Assembly (NCBI GenBank): GCA_963707745.1
Contig: CAVPRG010000002.1
Location: forward strand, 8,833 to 72,832
Direction of reading: 5' to 3'
DNA: 64,000 nt
Origin: an uncultured Actinomycetota bacterium
GTDB taxonomy: Bacteria > Actinomycetota > Actinomycetes > Mycobacteriales > Mycobacteriaceae
Part shown: piece by piece, positions 10,778 through 21,369 of the stretch
Numbering within the stretch: the stretch's first letter is position 1
How the letters are laid out: each line of letters opens with the position of its first letter
Position numbers and translations under genes: made by a program
The notes under the pieces: model-generated
The model's input: only the letters and a program-made list of their open reading frames with translations
Told to the model about the DNA's origin: nothing
The model's database searches: none

Positions 10778-12130
10778 GTGGGACGGACCGCTGCTGCGCC
10801 GATGACGGATGATGGAGGCGTGTCTCACCGAGCTACCGCCGAAGCGCGGCCGAGCCTCGCCGAGTCGTTCGTCGGCGCCGACACCGTTGCGGACGCCGAA
10901 CGGCGGCGTGGGCTGCGCCGAATGAAGGTCGTCGCCCTGAGCTTCCTCGTCGGGGCGACGGTGATCTTCCTGCTGTGCACGTGGGCGCAGTCGCGAGGTG
11001 CGGCAGAGTGGGTGGGCTACGTTCGCGCGGCCGCCGAGGCGGGCATGGTGGGCGCGCTGGCCGACTGGTTCGCGGTCACCGCGCTGTTCAAGCATCCGCT
11101 CGGCATTCCGATCCCGCACACCGCGATCATCAAGCGCAAGAAGGACCAGTTGGGTGAGGGGCTGGGCACGTTCGTCCGCGAGAACTTCATGTCGCCCGAG
11201 GTGGTGGAGACCAAGCTGCGCGACGCGCAGATCGCCGGCCGAATGGGCAAGTGGCTCTCGGAGAAGTCGCACGCGGAACGGGTAGCCGCCGAGGCGTCGA
11301 ATGTGCTGCGCGTGCTGGTGGAGATGCTGCGGGACGAGGACGTCCAGCACGTGCTGGACCGGATGATCGTCAAGCGCATCGCCGAACCACAGTGGGGACC
11401 ACCGATCGGGCGGGTGCTGAACTCGCTGCTCGTAGAGGGCCGACAGGAGGCGCTGATCCAGCTCCTTGCCGACCGCGCGTTCCAATGGTCGCTGAACGCC
11501 GACGAGATCATCGAACGAGTGGTCGAGCGCGACTCGCCGACATGGTCACCTCGGTGGGTGGACCACCTGATCGGTGAGCGAATCCACCGCGAGCTCATGG
11601 ACTTCACCGACAAGGTACGGCGCAACCCCGATCACGAACTGCGCCGCTCGGCCACCAAGTTCTTGTTCGAGTTCGCCGACGATCTGCAGCACGACCAGGC
11701 GACGGTCGACCGGGCCGAGAAGGTCAAGGAACAGATCATGGCGCGCGAGGAGGTCGCGCGAGCGGCCGAGACGGCCTGGACCGCGGCCAAGCGCATCATC
11801 CTCGAGTCCGTCGACGACCCGTCGTCCGCCTTGCGCAGCCGGATCGCCGACTCGGTCATGCACATCGGGGAGTCGTTGCGCGATGATGCCGAGCTCCGCG
11901 ACAAGGTCGACAACTGGATCATCCGTGCGGCTCAACACGTCGTCACGCAGTACGGGACGGAGATCACAGCGATCATCACCGAGACCATCGAACGCTGGGA
12001 CGCCGACGAGGCAAGTCGCCGGATCGAATTGCATGTCGGGCGTGACCTGCAATTCATCCGTATCAACGGCACCGTGGTGGGTTCGCTGGCCGGGCTGATC
12101 ATCTATTCGATAGCCCAACTACTCTTCTGA
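10778..12130 (+). CDS. DUF445-family membrane protein (Rv0473-like)
   Basis: 450 aa with an N-terminal TM segment and a C-terminal TM segment (GTVVGSLAGLIIYSIAQLLF). Conserved position. Confidence 0.8.
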   Translation: MGRTAAAPMTDDGGVSHRATAEARPSLAESFVGADTVADAERRRGLRRMKVVALSFLVGATVIFLLCTWAQSRGAAEWVGYVRAAAEAGMVGALADWFAVTALFKHPLGIPIPHTAIIKRKKDQLGEGLGTFVRENFMSPEVVETKLRDAQIAGRMGKWLSEKSHAERVAAEASNVLRVLVEMLRDEDVQHVLDRMIVKRIAEPQWGPPIGRVLNSLLVEGRQEALIQLLADRAFQWSLNADEIIERVVERDSPTWSPRWVDHLIGERIHRELMDFTDKVRRNPDHELRRSATKFLFEFADDLQHDQATVDRAEKVKEQIMAREEVARAAETAWTAAKRIILESVDDPSSALRSRIADSVMHIGESLRDDAELRDKVDNWIIRAAQHVVTQYGTEITAIITETIERWDADEASRRIELHVGRDLQFIRINGTVVGSLAGLIIYSIAQLLF

Positions 12131-12220
12131 CCTGCGCTAACAACTGCTTGCAAAAGCTAGCACCCCGTCGTACGGTTGGTTTTGAAGCCAACTGGTTACC
12201 TGACGCAGAAGGGGTCGAAT

Positions 12221-12679
12221 ATGTCGCAGGACGAGAATCTTGCCGCTGTCGTGTCCAACGCTGCGCAGGACATCGGTGGCTTCATCAGGGCCCAGCGCGA
12301 AGCCGCGCAGGTCTCGGTGCGCCAACTCGCGCAGAAGGCTGGAGTCAGCAATCCCTACCTCAGCCAGGTCGAGCGGGGGCTACGCAAGCCCTCGGCTGAC
12401 GTGCTGAACCAGATCGCCAAGGCGCTGCGGTTGTCCGCCGAGGTGCTCTACGTCCGGGCCGGGATGCTCGAGCCCAGCGAGCCCAGCGAGGTTCGCGACG
12501 CCGTCGTCGCCGACACCGCGATCACCGAGCGGCAGAAGCAGGTGCTGCTCGACATATATGCGTCGTTCTGTCAGCAGAACGAAGCGGAGGCCGCGGACGC
12601 GAGAAGCGATGTGGCTTCCGCGGACACGAGGGGCATCCAGGCACCAGTCGATTCGATCGAGGAGCCAGCCACTGACTAA
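12221..12679 (+). CDS. XRE-family HTH transcriptional regulator (Rv0474-like)
   Basis: ATG at 12221 preceded by GAAGGGG. HTH segment IRAQREAAQVSVRQLAQKAGVSNPYLSQVERGLRKPS. Confidence 0.88.
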   Translation: MSQDENLAAVVSNAAQDIGGFIRAQREAAQVSVRQLAQKAGVSNPYLSQVERGLRKPSADVLNQIAKALRLSAEVLYVRAGMLEPSEPSEVRDAVVADTAITERQKQVLLDIYASFCQQNEAEAADARSDVASADTRGIQAPVDSIEEPATD

Positions 12680-12749
12680 GAACCGATTGACCGTCCGTTA
12701 GAAGTCCATCAACGAGAACCAACGAACAAACCCTGAGAGAGGAATCAAC

Positions 12750-13358
12750 ATGGCCGAGAAGAACCAACCGACCATCGAGGACCTGAAGGCCCCGCTGCTC
12801 GCCGCCGTCGGCGCCGCCGACCTCGCGCTGGCCACCGTCAACGAGATCGTCGCGACTCTGCGTGAGCGTGCCGAGGAGGCCCGCACCGACGCCAACACCC
12901 GCGTTGGCGAGGGCCGGGCCCGCCTGAACAAGCTGCAAGAAGAACTGCCCACCCAGGTCACCGAGATCCGTGAGCGACTGAACAGCGACGAGCTGCGCAA
13001 GGCTGCCGAGGGCTACGCCGAGGCCGCGACCGCGACCTACAACAAGCTCGTCGAGCGTGGCGAGGCCGCGCTGGAACGCCTGCGCAGCCAGCCCGGGATC
13101 GAAGAGGCCGCGAACCGTGTCGAGAGCGTGACCGACCAGGCCGTCGAACTGACGCAGGACGCGCTGGGCACCGTGGCCAGCCAGACCCGCGCCGTTGGTG
13201 AGCGCGCCGCCAAGCTGGTCGGCGTCGAGCTTCCGAAGAAGGCCCAGAAGGCCGCCACACCGGTGAAGAAGGCCGCTGCCAAGGCACCGGCCAAGAAGGC
13301 CCCCGCCAAGAAGGCTCCGGCCAAGAAGGCTCCGGCCAAGAAGGTCACCCAGAAGTAA
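12750..13358 (+). CDS. hbhA: Heparin-binding hemagglutinin
   Basis: 202 aa, collinear with HbhA ([48 protein letters not shown]), with the Lys/Ala/Pro C-terminal tail [21 protein letters not shown]. Confidence 0.95.
   Translation: MAEKNQPTIEDLKAPLLAAVGAADLALATVNEIVATLRERAEEARTDANTRVGEGRARLNKLQEELPTQVTEIRERLNSDELRKAAEGYAEAATATYNKLVERGEAALERLRSQPGIEEAANRVESVTDQAVELTQDALGTVASQTRAVGERAAKLVGVELPKKAQKAATPVKKAAAKAPAKKAPAKKAPAKKAPAKKVTQK
13284..13343 (+). repeat. 4 x 15-bp coding tandem repeat (APAKK) in the HbhA heparin-binding tail
   Basis: The unit GCNCCGGCCAAGAAG starts at 13284, 13299, 13314 and 13329. Confidence 0.9.
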
Positions 13359-13417
13359 ATCCCCTGCCCAGGCAGTCGGAGTCGACGGTCAGGGCGGTCG
13401 CCACATAGGCTCCTCAC

Positions 13418-13705
13418 GTGGAGTTGGTGGAAACCGTCCTGGCCGTCGTTTGGGTTGGGGTATTGATCATGTCGGGGTACGCGCTGGTGCATGCCGGCTT
13501 GCAGCGTGCCGATGCCTACACCGCGGCCGAGAAGATGACGAAGAACACGTGGATGGCAATCCTCGGTGGCGCTACGTTTCTCGCCTTGGTAACGAACTTC
13601 ATCGGCCTCAGCATCACCGGTAGCGCGATCGCGGCGGTGGCCGCAGGCGTCTATCTCGTCGACGTCCGGCCGAAGGTACTCGAAGTCCAGGGAAAGTCGC
13701 GATAA
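13418..13705 (+). CDS. Small membrane protein (DUF2516, Rv0476-like)
   Basis: 95 aa with three hydrophobic helices. Conserved position after hbhA. Confidence 0.7.
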   Translation: MELVETVLAVVWVGVLIMSGYALVHAGLQRADAYTAAEKMTKNTWMAILGGATFLALVTNFIGLSITGSAIAAVAAGVYLVDVRPKVLEVQGKSR

Positions 13706-13708
13706 GTC

Positions 13709-14119
13709 GTGCGTCGCTTGCTCATTGCCACGGCCTTCGCCCTCGGCATGACGTTCACCGCTGCGGGTGTCGCGGGCGCGAACCCAGTACCCGACCCGCC
13801 GTTCGTCGCGCAAGCCGAATGGGTGCACTGGGGTGACCTGTCCAGCCTGCGGGTCTACCCGACGCAGGCGGGCCGCGACGCTGCAGGCGAACTCGGGACC
13901 GTCGCGCAAGCCGATGAGGCTTGGACGGAGATATTGACGCTGTCACCCGACGCCGCGATCCCCGGCATGCGCGAGCAGTTCATGTGCCACTGGAAGTTCG
14001 CAGAGATCGCCCAGCCCGGCAAGACCAGCTGGAACCTCGAGCCGTGGCGACCCGAGGTCGATGACGCGCAGATGCTTGCCGCGGGCTGCAATCCCGGTGG
14101 CACCGAAGAACCGTTCTAG
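13709..14119 (+). CDS. Secreted protein (DUF2599, Rv0477-like)
   Basis: Signal peptide [24 protein letters not shown]. Conserved position before deoC. Confidence 0.72.
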   Translation: MRRLLIATAFALGMTFTAAGVAGANPVPDPPFVAQAEWVHWGDLSSLRVYPTQAGRDAAGELGTVAQADEAWTEILTLSPDAAIPGMREQFMCHWKFAEIAQPGKTSWNLEPWRPEVDDAQMLAAGCNPGGTEEPF

Positions 14120-14796
14120 TGCCGACCTGGACGCGCGATCACGTCGCTCAGCTCGTCGATCACACACTGCTCAAGCCCGAGGCCAACGAGACCGACGTGG
14201 CGTTCCTCGTGCACGAGGCGTCCGAGCTGGGGGTGTACGCGGTCTGCGTGTCGCCGTCGTTGGTGTCCGCGGCTCGAGGGGCCGGTGCACTGGACTTGGC
14301 CATCGCCTCCGTCGTGGGATTCCCTTCAGGCAAACATGTTTCGACGATCAAGGCGCAGGAGGCCCGGCTCGCGGTCGAGTCGGGCGCGGAGGAGGTCGAC
14401 ATGGTCATCGACGTCGGCGCCGCCGTCGCCGGTGACTTCGCGGCCGTCCGCGCTGACATTGCCGCCGTCCGCGAAGCGGTTCCCGATGTGGTGCTCAAGG
14501 TGATCGTCGAATCCGCCGCGCTGCTGGATCTCGTCGGGGAACAGACGCTCGTCGACGTGTGCCGCGCCGCCGTGGAGGCGCAAGCGGACTTCGTCAAGAC
14601 CTCGACGGGGTTTCATCCCGCGGGCGGTGCGTCCGTGCGGGCCGTGGAGGTCATGGCCGCGACCGTCGGACCGAGCATCGGGGTCAAGGCCAGCGGCGGC
14701 ATCCGCACTGCTGCCGACGCGCTCGCAATGCTCGACGCCGGTGCGACGAGACTCGGGCTGTCGGGGACCCGCGCCGTGCTCGACGGATTGTCCTAG
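14119..14796 (+). CDS. deoC: Deoxyribose-phosphate aldolase
   Basis: 225 aa with [18 protein letters not shown] (Schiff-base Lys) and [11 protein letters not shown]. Confidence 0.93.
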   Translation: MPTWTRDHVAQLVDHTLLKPEANETDVAFLVHEASELGVYAVCVSPSLVSAARGAGALDLAIASVVGFPSGKHVSTIKAQEARLAVESGAEEVDMVIDVGAAVAGDFAAVRADIAAVREAVPDVVLKVIVESAALLDLVGEQTLVDVCRAAVEAQADFVKTSTGFHPAGGASVRAVEVMAATVGPSIGVKASGGIRTAADALAMLDAGATRLGLSGTRAVLDGLS

Positions 14797-14828
14797 CCCC
14801 TCGGCTGAATTGCCGGCCCCATGGCGGG

Positions 14829-15779
14829 CTACAGTCCGGCGAAGCAGGGATCCTCGTTGGCGGCGGGAATGGTGGCGTTTCGGGTGGAGAACTTGGCGAT
14901 GACACCCGTGTCGGTGACCTCGACACTGTCGGCATGAATGCCCAGCGGATACCCCTTGGTGAGCTGCGTGCTGAACAAGTCGAGCGCAGGCTGCACCGCC
15001 TCGCGTGGCAGCGCGAAGCCGAGCCCGGTGAGTTTCTGAACTTCGAGCCCGATGCCTTGGTCGGCGACCGTCGGCTTGGCGACGATGCTGCCCAGCGCGC
15101 CTTGAAGTTCGATGGTGCCGTCGGACGGGTTCGTATTCACCCCGTTGACGAAGCTCCCGACGAGCGGGATGGACTTCTGAATCGTCTCCTTGATGCCGTC
15201 GGAGGACCAGGTGATGGTGGCATCCAACGCTCCGATGGTGCCCTTCGAGTTGCCGGTGTCAGACAGTCGGACGTCGTCGATCTCGATGTCGGCCTTCATC
15301 CCCTTGGCATCGCGAATCTGGTTGCCCGCGGTGGAGATCGAGATGTTGCCGTAGTGCCCGGTCATGTGCTGAATCAAGAACGGGCTCGCGCCGAACGAGG
15401 CCGATGCACTGTCCTGCACGACGCATGCCGTCGCTTTGGCCACCACCTCGTTGGCGCGGTGGCGGGCGTAGAGCTCGACGCCGACGACCCCGGCGACCAC
15501 CAGCGCCAGCACGATGACCAGGACCAGCACGATCGACAGCGGATCGCGGAATATGCGTTTGAGGAACGGGCCCTTGCCGGGTGGCGGACCGTCAGGGTCG
15601 CCCGGCTTGGCCGGCGGGTGGTGCTCCGGTGGCGGGTACGAATGCGGGCGGGATTGTGTGGGCGGTGACTCGGCCGCGGAGGTGCCGTGTGGGATCTGCT
15701 GGGTCGGGGTCGAGGGGTCACCGGCCGGAGGTTGCGGGGTGGGCGGCTGGTGAGGCGGGCGAGCCCAGGGATCGGTCAC
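14829..15779 (-). CDS. Proline-rich membrane protein with DUF2993-like domain (Rv0479c-like)
   Basis: Pro-rich N-terminus, one TM segment (LSIVLVLVIVLALVVAGVVGV), then a beta-rich domain. Its GTG start overlaps the upstream gene's stop (GTGA). Confidence 0.75.
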   Translation of the reverse strand: MTDPWARPPHQPPTPQPPAGDPSTPTQQIPHGTSAAESPPTQSRPHSYPPPEHHPPAKPGDPDGPPPGKGPFLKRIFRDPLSIVLVLVIVLALVVAGVVGVELYARHRANEVVAKATACVVQDSASASFGASPFLIQHMTGHYGNISISTAGNQIRDAKGMKADIEIDDVRLSDTGNSKGTIGALDATITWSSDGIKETIQKSIPLVGSFVNGVNTNPSDGTIELQGALGSIVAKPTVADQGIGLEVQKLTGLGFALPREAVQPALDLFSTQLTKGYPLGIHADSVEVTDTGVIAKFSTRNATIPAANEDPCFAGL

Positions 15780-16591
15780 CCCCGCGATTCTGCCTTACCG
15801 GACTGAGCAAACACGGTGCGGTTGCGCAGCACGGCGATGCTGTCGCGGGCTACGTCGACGGCGTCGAGATCGATGTCGGCGACGAGCAACTGCGGGTCGG
15901 AACCCGCCGCGGACCACACTTCGCCCGTGGGGGAGACCACCAGGCTGCCACCGACGCCTGTAGGCCCGACGGCGGCCATCTCGTCGCCTGGATACGCCTG
16001 ATCGACGGCCGCGACGACGCTGGTGGCGTCCAGTGCGCGGGCCCTGGCCAGCAGCGTCCACTGTTCGAGCTTTCCCGGTCCGGCACCCCACGACGCGTGC
16101 ACCGTGATCAGCCGGGCTCCGCGTCGCGCCAGCTCGACGTAGAGCTCGGGGAAGCGAACGTCATAACAGGTGGTCAACCCGACGCCGATGCCGTCGACCG
16201 TAATGACTACCGGATCGGAACCCGGTGCGACAGTGCGTGATTCGGTGAACCCGAAGGCGTCGTAGAGATGGATCTTGTGATAGTGGGCGTCGACTCCAGG
16301 TCCCGTGGCGATCAGTGTGTTGGTGACGCGGCCGTCGGCGCTCGGGCAGAACATGCCCGCCACCACGACGATGCCGAAGCGCGCCGCGATGGCCCGCACG
16401 CCCGATGCCCAGGGTCCATCGAGCGGTTCCGCGATGGGCTCGAGGCGGACCCCGAAGCGGCACATCGTCGCCTCGGGAAACGACACCAGGCGCGCGCCCG
16501 CTTCGGCGGCCCGGCGCGTGAAGTCCTCGACTAGCCCGAGATTGGCGGCCGGTTTGGCGCTGGAGCACAGCTGTGCGAGGGCAATCCGCAT
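15776..16591 (-). CDS. Carbon-nitrogen hydrolase (nitrilase superfamily) amidohydrolase (Rv0480c-like)
   Basis: Only the C-terminal 271 codons of ORF 15776..17335 look protein-like (MRIALAQLCSS...FPE...KIHLYD...TCYDVRFPE, the Glu-Lys-Cys triad context). The upstream part of that ORF overlaps the methyltransferase gene. Confidence 0.88.
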   Translation of the reverse strand: MRIALAQLCSSAKPAANLGLVEDFTRRAAEAGARLVSFPEATMCRFGVRLEPIAEPLDGPWASGVRAIAARFGIVVVAGMFCPSADGRVTNTLIATGPGVDAHYHKIHLYDAFGFTESRTVAPGSDPVVITVDGIGVGLTTCYDVRFPELYVELARRGARLITVHASWGAGPGKLEQWTLLARARALDATSVVAAVDQAYPGDEMAAVGPTGVGGSLVVSPTGEVWSAAGSDPQLLVADIDLDAVDVARDSIAVLRNRTVFAQSGKAESRG

Positions 16592-16614
16592 GCACCTGAG
16601 CCTACGGCGAATGT

Positions 16615-17439
16615 TCAGTGGGGCGCGACGAACTCCCATGGGACGGACAGCACGCCGTCGCGCAATCGCCGTCGAGGCGGCTCGACCGGGACGCCATCGG
16701 CGGCGAGGACTTCCAGCATTGCGCGCCACCGCACCCGGGGACCGAACACCCCGTGCCCTGCGGTGCTGGCCCATGCACGATCGGCTGCGTTGAGCAACGA
16801 GTGAATGCGCTGATCCGGCACGTTGTGGTGGATCAGCACCTTGGGCAGCCGCTCGGCGAGCTCCGAGGGTCTTTCGATGGCGAACGGGTCGCACGCCAGC
16901 GTGAGGCTGATCGGGCCGTGCTGGTCCAGCAGCACCCAGCAGCAGTGCCTGCCGAGTTCGTCGCAGGTGCCGTCGACGATGAGCCCGCCGGGCGCCAACC
17001 GGGCCTGCATAAGCGCCCAGGCGCCGGCCACGTCGTCGACGTGATATTGGCGCAGGACGTTGAACGCGCGCACCAATACCGGTTGCAGGCCCGCCAATTC
17101 GAAGCCGCCGAGTCCGAATTCGACGTCGGGGGCACCCCCGGCAGCGGCGCGGGCCGTGCGAACCCGTTCGGGATGGATCTCGAGACCAACCACCTTGAGG
17201 TCGGGGCGTACTGAGCGCAGCCGCGCCGCCAGTTCCAGTGTCGTGACCGGTAGCGCGCCGTAGCCGAGGTCGACCACCACCGGGTCGGTGGCAGTGAGGA
17301 GCGCTGTACGCACGCGTGCTGAGTGCACCAACCAACGGTCGCTGCGGCGCAACCGGTTGTACCCCGTGGTGCCACGCGTCAGCTGGCCGACGGGGATCAA
17401 TCCTCCCGTCGATTCGCTCCTACCCGCCGGAGCGCCCAT
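16615..17439 (-). CDS. Class I SAM-dependent methyltransferase, start uncertain
   Basis: ORF 16615..17607. Methyltransferase fold motifs VVDLGYGALPVTT and KVVGLEIHPERV. Candidate starts are M at 17439 or 17517. Confidence 0.7.
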   Translation of the reverse strand: MGAPAGRSESTGGLIPVGQLTRGTTGYNRLRRSDRWLVHSARVRTALLTATDPVVVDLGYGALPVTTLELAARLRSVRPDLKVVGLEIHPERVRTARAAAGGAPDVEFGLGGFELAGLQPVLVRAFNVLRQYHVDDVAGAWALMQARLAPGGLIVDGTCDELGRHCCWVLLDQHGPISLTLACDPFAIERPSELAERLPKVLIHHNVPDQRIHSLLNAADRAWASTAGHGVFGPRVRWRAMLEVLAADGVPVEPPRRRLRDGVLSVPWEFVAPH

Positions 17440-17699
17440 GGCCAGGCATTTTAGCGGCGGACCGGGCCGATGCTCGCGATCCACGCCGCAGCGCAGACCG
17501 CCAGCGCGCAAGGCCATTGTGTGCATTTCTCGGTAGAACGCCATTCTCGTGTGGCAATAGCGATACTCTGACCCGGCTGCATCGACCGCAGAAACGCTGG
17601 GGGACACGCACGAGACAGTCGCTCACACCGAACCCGCCGCCCGCCTGTCTCGACGGACGTTCGGCGGCGACGTGCACCGATTGAGGAGGCGCTGACCCA

Positions 17700-18773
17700 G
17701 TGACGACGCCCGTACCCAACAGTCTCGACGAAGCACTGTCACCGACGTGGCTGACTTCCGCACTGCAACAGCGCTTTCCCGGGATCGAGGTCGGGCGCGT
17801 TACACCCGGTCCGGTGGTGGACCGTATCTCCACGAACGCCCGCTTCGCCGTCGAGTACTCAGGCGTCGCCGCGGGCAGTCCGTCGCCGTCGCTATGCATC
17901 AAGGGTTATTTCAACGAGATCGGCTGGATGGCCCGCCATGTCGGCGAACCCGAGGCCTACTTCTATCGCGATCTTGCGGCGTCCGCCGGAGTCCGTACCC
18001 TTCGCAGCGTATACGCCGATGTCGATCCAGAAAGTCGCCACGGTGTCGTCATCACCGAAGACGTCGTCGCCAGTGGGGGCGTATTTCTCGACGGCAGAAG
18101 CGTTTACACGCCTAAGCAGACCGCGTCGAGTTTGAGCGAACTGGCCCAACTGCACGCGGCGACCTGGGCGCAGCAGCGTTGGGCCACGACACCGTGGTTG
18201 AAGTCGCGCCTGAACGGCGCACTGCGGGTCTGGGGTGAGGCGGCGACGCTGGCGAAGATCGACGCGAACCTGAACGGGAGCAACGGTCGCGCAGTACCGG
18301 TTGAACTACGCGATCCGCAACGCCTCGTCGACACGTACCGGGCCATGGTCGTGGCACTGGCCGCCGCCGAACCGACGTCCCCGTGGTGTGTGATTCACGG
18401 CGACCCCCACCTTGGCAATCTGTTTCTCGACGCGGCGGGATTGCCGTGTCTGCTCGACTGGCAGCTGGTCCAACGCGGCATGTGGTACGTCGACGTGGGG
18501 TACCACATCGCCTCGACGCTGACTGTCAAGGACCGCCGCACGTCCGAACGCGAGTTGCTGCGGCACTATCTCGAGCGGCTGGCCGAACAAGGCGTCGAAC
18601 CGCCGCCGTGGGACCAGGCCTGGCGCGCCCTCAGCTGCGGCATCGTGCACGGTTTCTATTTGTGGAGTATCACCACCCAAGTTGAGCCGGGCCTCATCGA
18701 AATCCTTCTGCACCGCATGGGTGCCGCGGCGGCCGATCACGACGCACTGATTCACGCCTGCAGTGATTTCTGA
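17700..18773 (+). CDS. Phosphotransferase-family protein (APH / choline-kinase-like)
   Basis: 357 aa. Catalytic loop IHGDPHLGNLF and LLDWQLVQRG are typical of the APH/CHK kinase fold. Confidence 0.85.
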   Translation: MTTPVPNSLDEALSPTWLTSALQQRFPGIEVGRVTPGPVVDRISTNARFAVEYSGVAAGSPSPSLCIKGYFNEIGWMARHVGEPEAYFYRDLAASAGVRTLRSVYADVDPESRHGVVITEDVVASGGVFLDGRSVYTPKQTASSLSELAQLHAATWAQQRWATTPWLKSRLNGALRVWGEAATLAKIDANLNGSNGRAVPVELRDPQRLVDTYRAMVVALAAAEPTSPWCVIHGDPHLGNLFLDAAGLPCLLDWQLVQRGMWYVDVGYHIASTLTVKDRRTSERELLRHYLERLAEQGVEPPPWDQAWRALSCGIVHGFYLWSITTQVEPGLIEILLHRMGAAAADHDALIHACSDF

Positions 18774-18927
18774 GCGGGCGTCGCGGTCCGAACGTTCGAA
18801 TCCGCCCGCGCAGCGCACGATGCATGCCATTCTCTATTCGGATGTATACATCGCACTTGTTTAGACAAGAAGCACGTTCTACTGTGAACTCTGTGTTTCG
18901 AGTCGAAATGACCGATCTGGACCCGAA

Positions 18928-20485
18928 GTGGTGCAAATGATCGCTAGTCGCACGTTCGCGCCAGAACTGAGGGGCCGCTACGAAGCCGAGGGTTGGTGGA
19001 CGTCCGACACGCTCGGCTCACTGCTGGGCCGGGCTCTGGAAGAAGCACCGGCCACGACCTTTCGGGTGCATTCCACCGTCCGCCCGTACTCGGGCACCTT
19101 CAGCGACGTCGAAGACGTCGCGAGGCGGTTGGCGGCGGGTCTGCATGCCCGAGGGGTTGGACCCGGTGACGTCGTCGCGTTCCAGCTGCCCAACTGGATG
19201 GAGGCCGCCGCCACGTTCTGGGCCTCGGCCATCCTCGGAGCCGTCGTGGTGCCGATCGTGCACTTCTATGGCCGAAAGGAAGTCGGTTACATCCTGACGG
19301 CCGCCGAACCGAAGGTATTCATCACCACTGAAGAGTTCGGGCGGATGCAGTACCACGCAGATCTGTGCGTCGGCATTCCGATCGTCGGACTCGTTGGACG
19401 TGATTTCGATGAGCTGTTGGCCGAGGAACCCATGTCGGGCACGGTGGATACCGACCCGTCGAACCCGGCACTCATCGCGTTCACCTCGGGCACCACCCGC
19501 GACCCCAAGGGCGTGGTGCACAGCCACCAGACGCTGGGGTGCGAGATCCGCCAGCTCAACGCCGGCCATCCTAAGCACGCCGCCGGTCAGGTGACGGCGT
19601 TGCCCGTCGGACATTTCATCGGAATGCTCGGGGGTCTACTTTGCCCCGTGCTCGAGGGTGTACCGATTCACCTGTGCGATGCATGGGACCCCGGCCTGGT
19701 GCTCACGTTGATGACGCAAGAAGGAGTCGGATTCGGCGGCGGGCCAGCGTATTTCATCACGAGCTCTGTTGGATCATCCGGATTTCACCGAGGACCACCT
19801 TCAGCACATGCGCTACCTCGGCCTCGGTGGGTCGGCGATACCGACCACCATCACCCGCCGGTTGACGAACCTCGGGCTCGTCGTGACTCGGTCCTACGGC
19901 AGCACCGAGCATCCGTCCATCACCGGTTCGAGTCCGACGGCGGCGGGAGACAAGCGACTGCTCACCGACGGAGCCGCGCGCGAAGGCGTGGAGGTCCGAC
20001 TCGCAAGCGATGGCGAAATCCTCAGCAGGGGACCGGATCTGTGCCTCGGGTATCTCGACCCCAAGTTGTCGGCGAAGGCCTTTGACGACGACGGGTGGTA
20101 CCACACCGGCGACATCGGCGTGCTTGACGATGACGGCTACCTGACCATCACCGACCGAAAGTCGGACGTGATCATCCGCGGGGGTGAGAACATCAGCGCC
20201 ATCGAGGTGGAAGAGGCGCTACTGGCCATGCCGGAGGTGGCGGAAGCCGTCGTGGTCGCCGCCCCCGACGAGCGCTTCGGCGAACGTGTCGTGGCGGTGT
20301 TGCGGATCCGGCCGGGTAGCCAGTTGCCCAGCCGAGATCGCGTGCGCGAGCACTTCCAGGCCGCCGGACTGGCCAGGCAGAAGTGGCCTGAGGACCTGCG
20401 CGAGATCGAGGATTACCCCCGTACTCCGAGCGGCAAGGTACAGAAATATCTAGTGCGACAACAAGTTCGATCGTCTCAACGATGA
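18928..20485 (+). pseudogene. Acyl-CoA synthetase (AMP-binding, FadD-like) split by a 1-nt insertion
   Basis: The N-terminal part (ORF 18928..20085, AFTSGTTRDPKGVVHSH AMP motif) reads sensibly up to ...PAYFITS. The C-terminal part (ORF 19769..20485, LLDHPDFTEDHL...YHTGDIG...DRKSDVIIRGGENI...PRTPSGKVQK) is in the +1 frame. The extra T is at 19765. Confidence 0.85.
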
Positions 20486-20495
20486 GGAGAAGCTG

Positions 20496-21333
20496 ATGGC
20501 TGGACGGGTAGAAGGCAAGGTTGCATTCATCACCGGAGCGGCGCGCGGACAGGGCCGCAGTCACGCGGTCAGGTTGGCGCAGGAGGGCGCCGACATCATC
20601 GCGATCGACGTCTGTCGGCCAATCGAGAACACGACGGCAGTAGCGGCGACCCCCGAGGATCTCGCCGAAACGGCGGACCTGATCAAGGCACTGGACCGCC
20701 GGGTCGTCACCGCGGAGGTCGACGTGCGGGACTATGACGCGCTCAAGTCCGCGGTCGACGGGGGCGTCGAGCAACTCGGGTCGACTCGACATCGTGGTCG
20801 CCAATGCGGGAATCGGCACCCCCGGCGCCATGCTCGAGGAGATGGACGAGCCGCGCTGGGAACAGATGATGGACATCAACCTGACCGGCGTCTGGAAGTC
20901 GGTCAAGGCGGCCGTGCCGCACGTCAAGGCCGGCGGGCGTGGTGGTTCGGTGATCATGACGAGTTCAGTCGGCGGGCTCAAGGCATATCCGCACATCGGG
21001 CACTACGTCACCGCCAAGCATGGTGTCGTCGGATTGATGCGGACGTTCGCAGTCGAGTTGGGGCAGTACTCGATTCGGGTCAACTCGTTGCACCCAACAC
21101 ACGTGGCGACTTCGCTGCTGCACAACGAATCGACATTCCGGACGTTTCGCCCGGATCTGGAGAACCCGGGCAAGGACGACATGGCTCCCATATGCCGGAA
21201 TTTCCACATGCTGCCGATTCCGTGGGTGGAACCCGAGGACATCAGCAATGCGGTGCTGTTCCTGGCATCCGACGAATCGCGATACATCACAGGGGTTCCC
21301 CTTCCCATCGACGCCGGCTGCTGCCTGAAGTAG
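20496..21333 (+). pseudogene. SDR oxidoreductase of the carveol-dehydrogenase / mycofactocin-coupled type, split by 1 nt
   Basis: The N-terminus GKVAFITGAARGQGRSHAVRLAQEGADIIAIDVC runs to ...VEQLG (ORF 20496..). It continues as RLDIVVANAGI...YVTAKHGVVGL...ITGVPLPIDAG in ORF 20734..21333. The junction is at GGG 20778-20780. Confidence 0.82.
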
Positions 21334-21369
21334 GCAGGGGTGCACCGACTATCCGGAGGTACTCACACC

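Noticed and set aside
16592-17335. N-terminal 248 codons of the 519-aa ORF 15776..17335
   Set aside because: Only the C-terminal part from MRIALAQL (16591) looks like a CN-hydrolase. The extension is Arg/Pro/Gly-rich and overlaps the methyltransferase gene in another frame.
18774-18809. GCGGGCG...CGCCCGC stem enclosing the palindrome CGAACGTTCG after the phosphotransferase gene
   Set aside because: A 7-bp stem with a 22-nt interior is not distinctive enough to annotate as a terminator.
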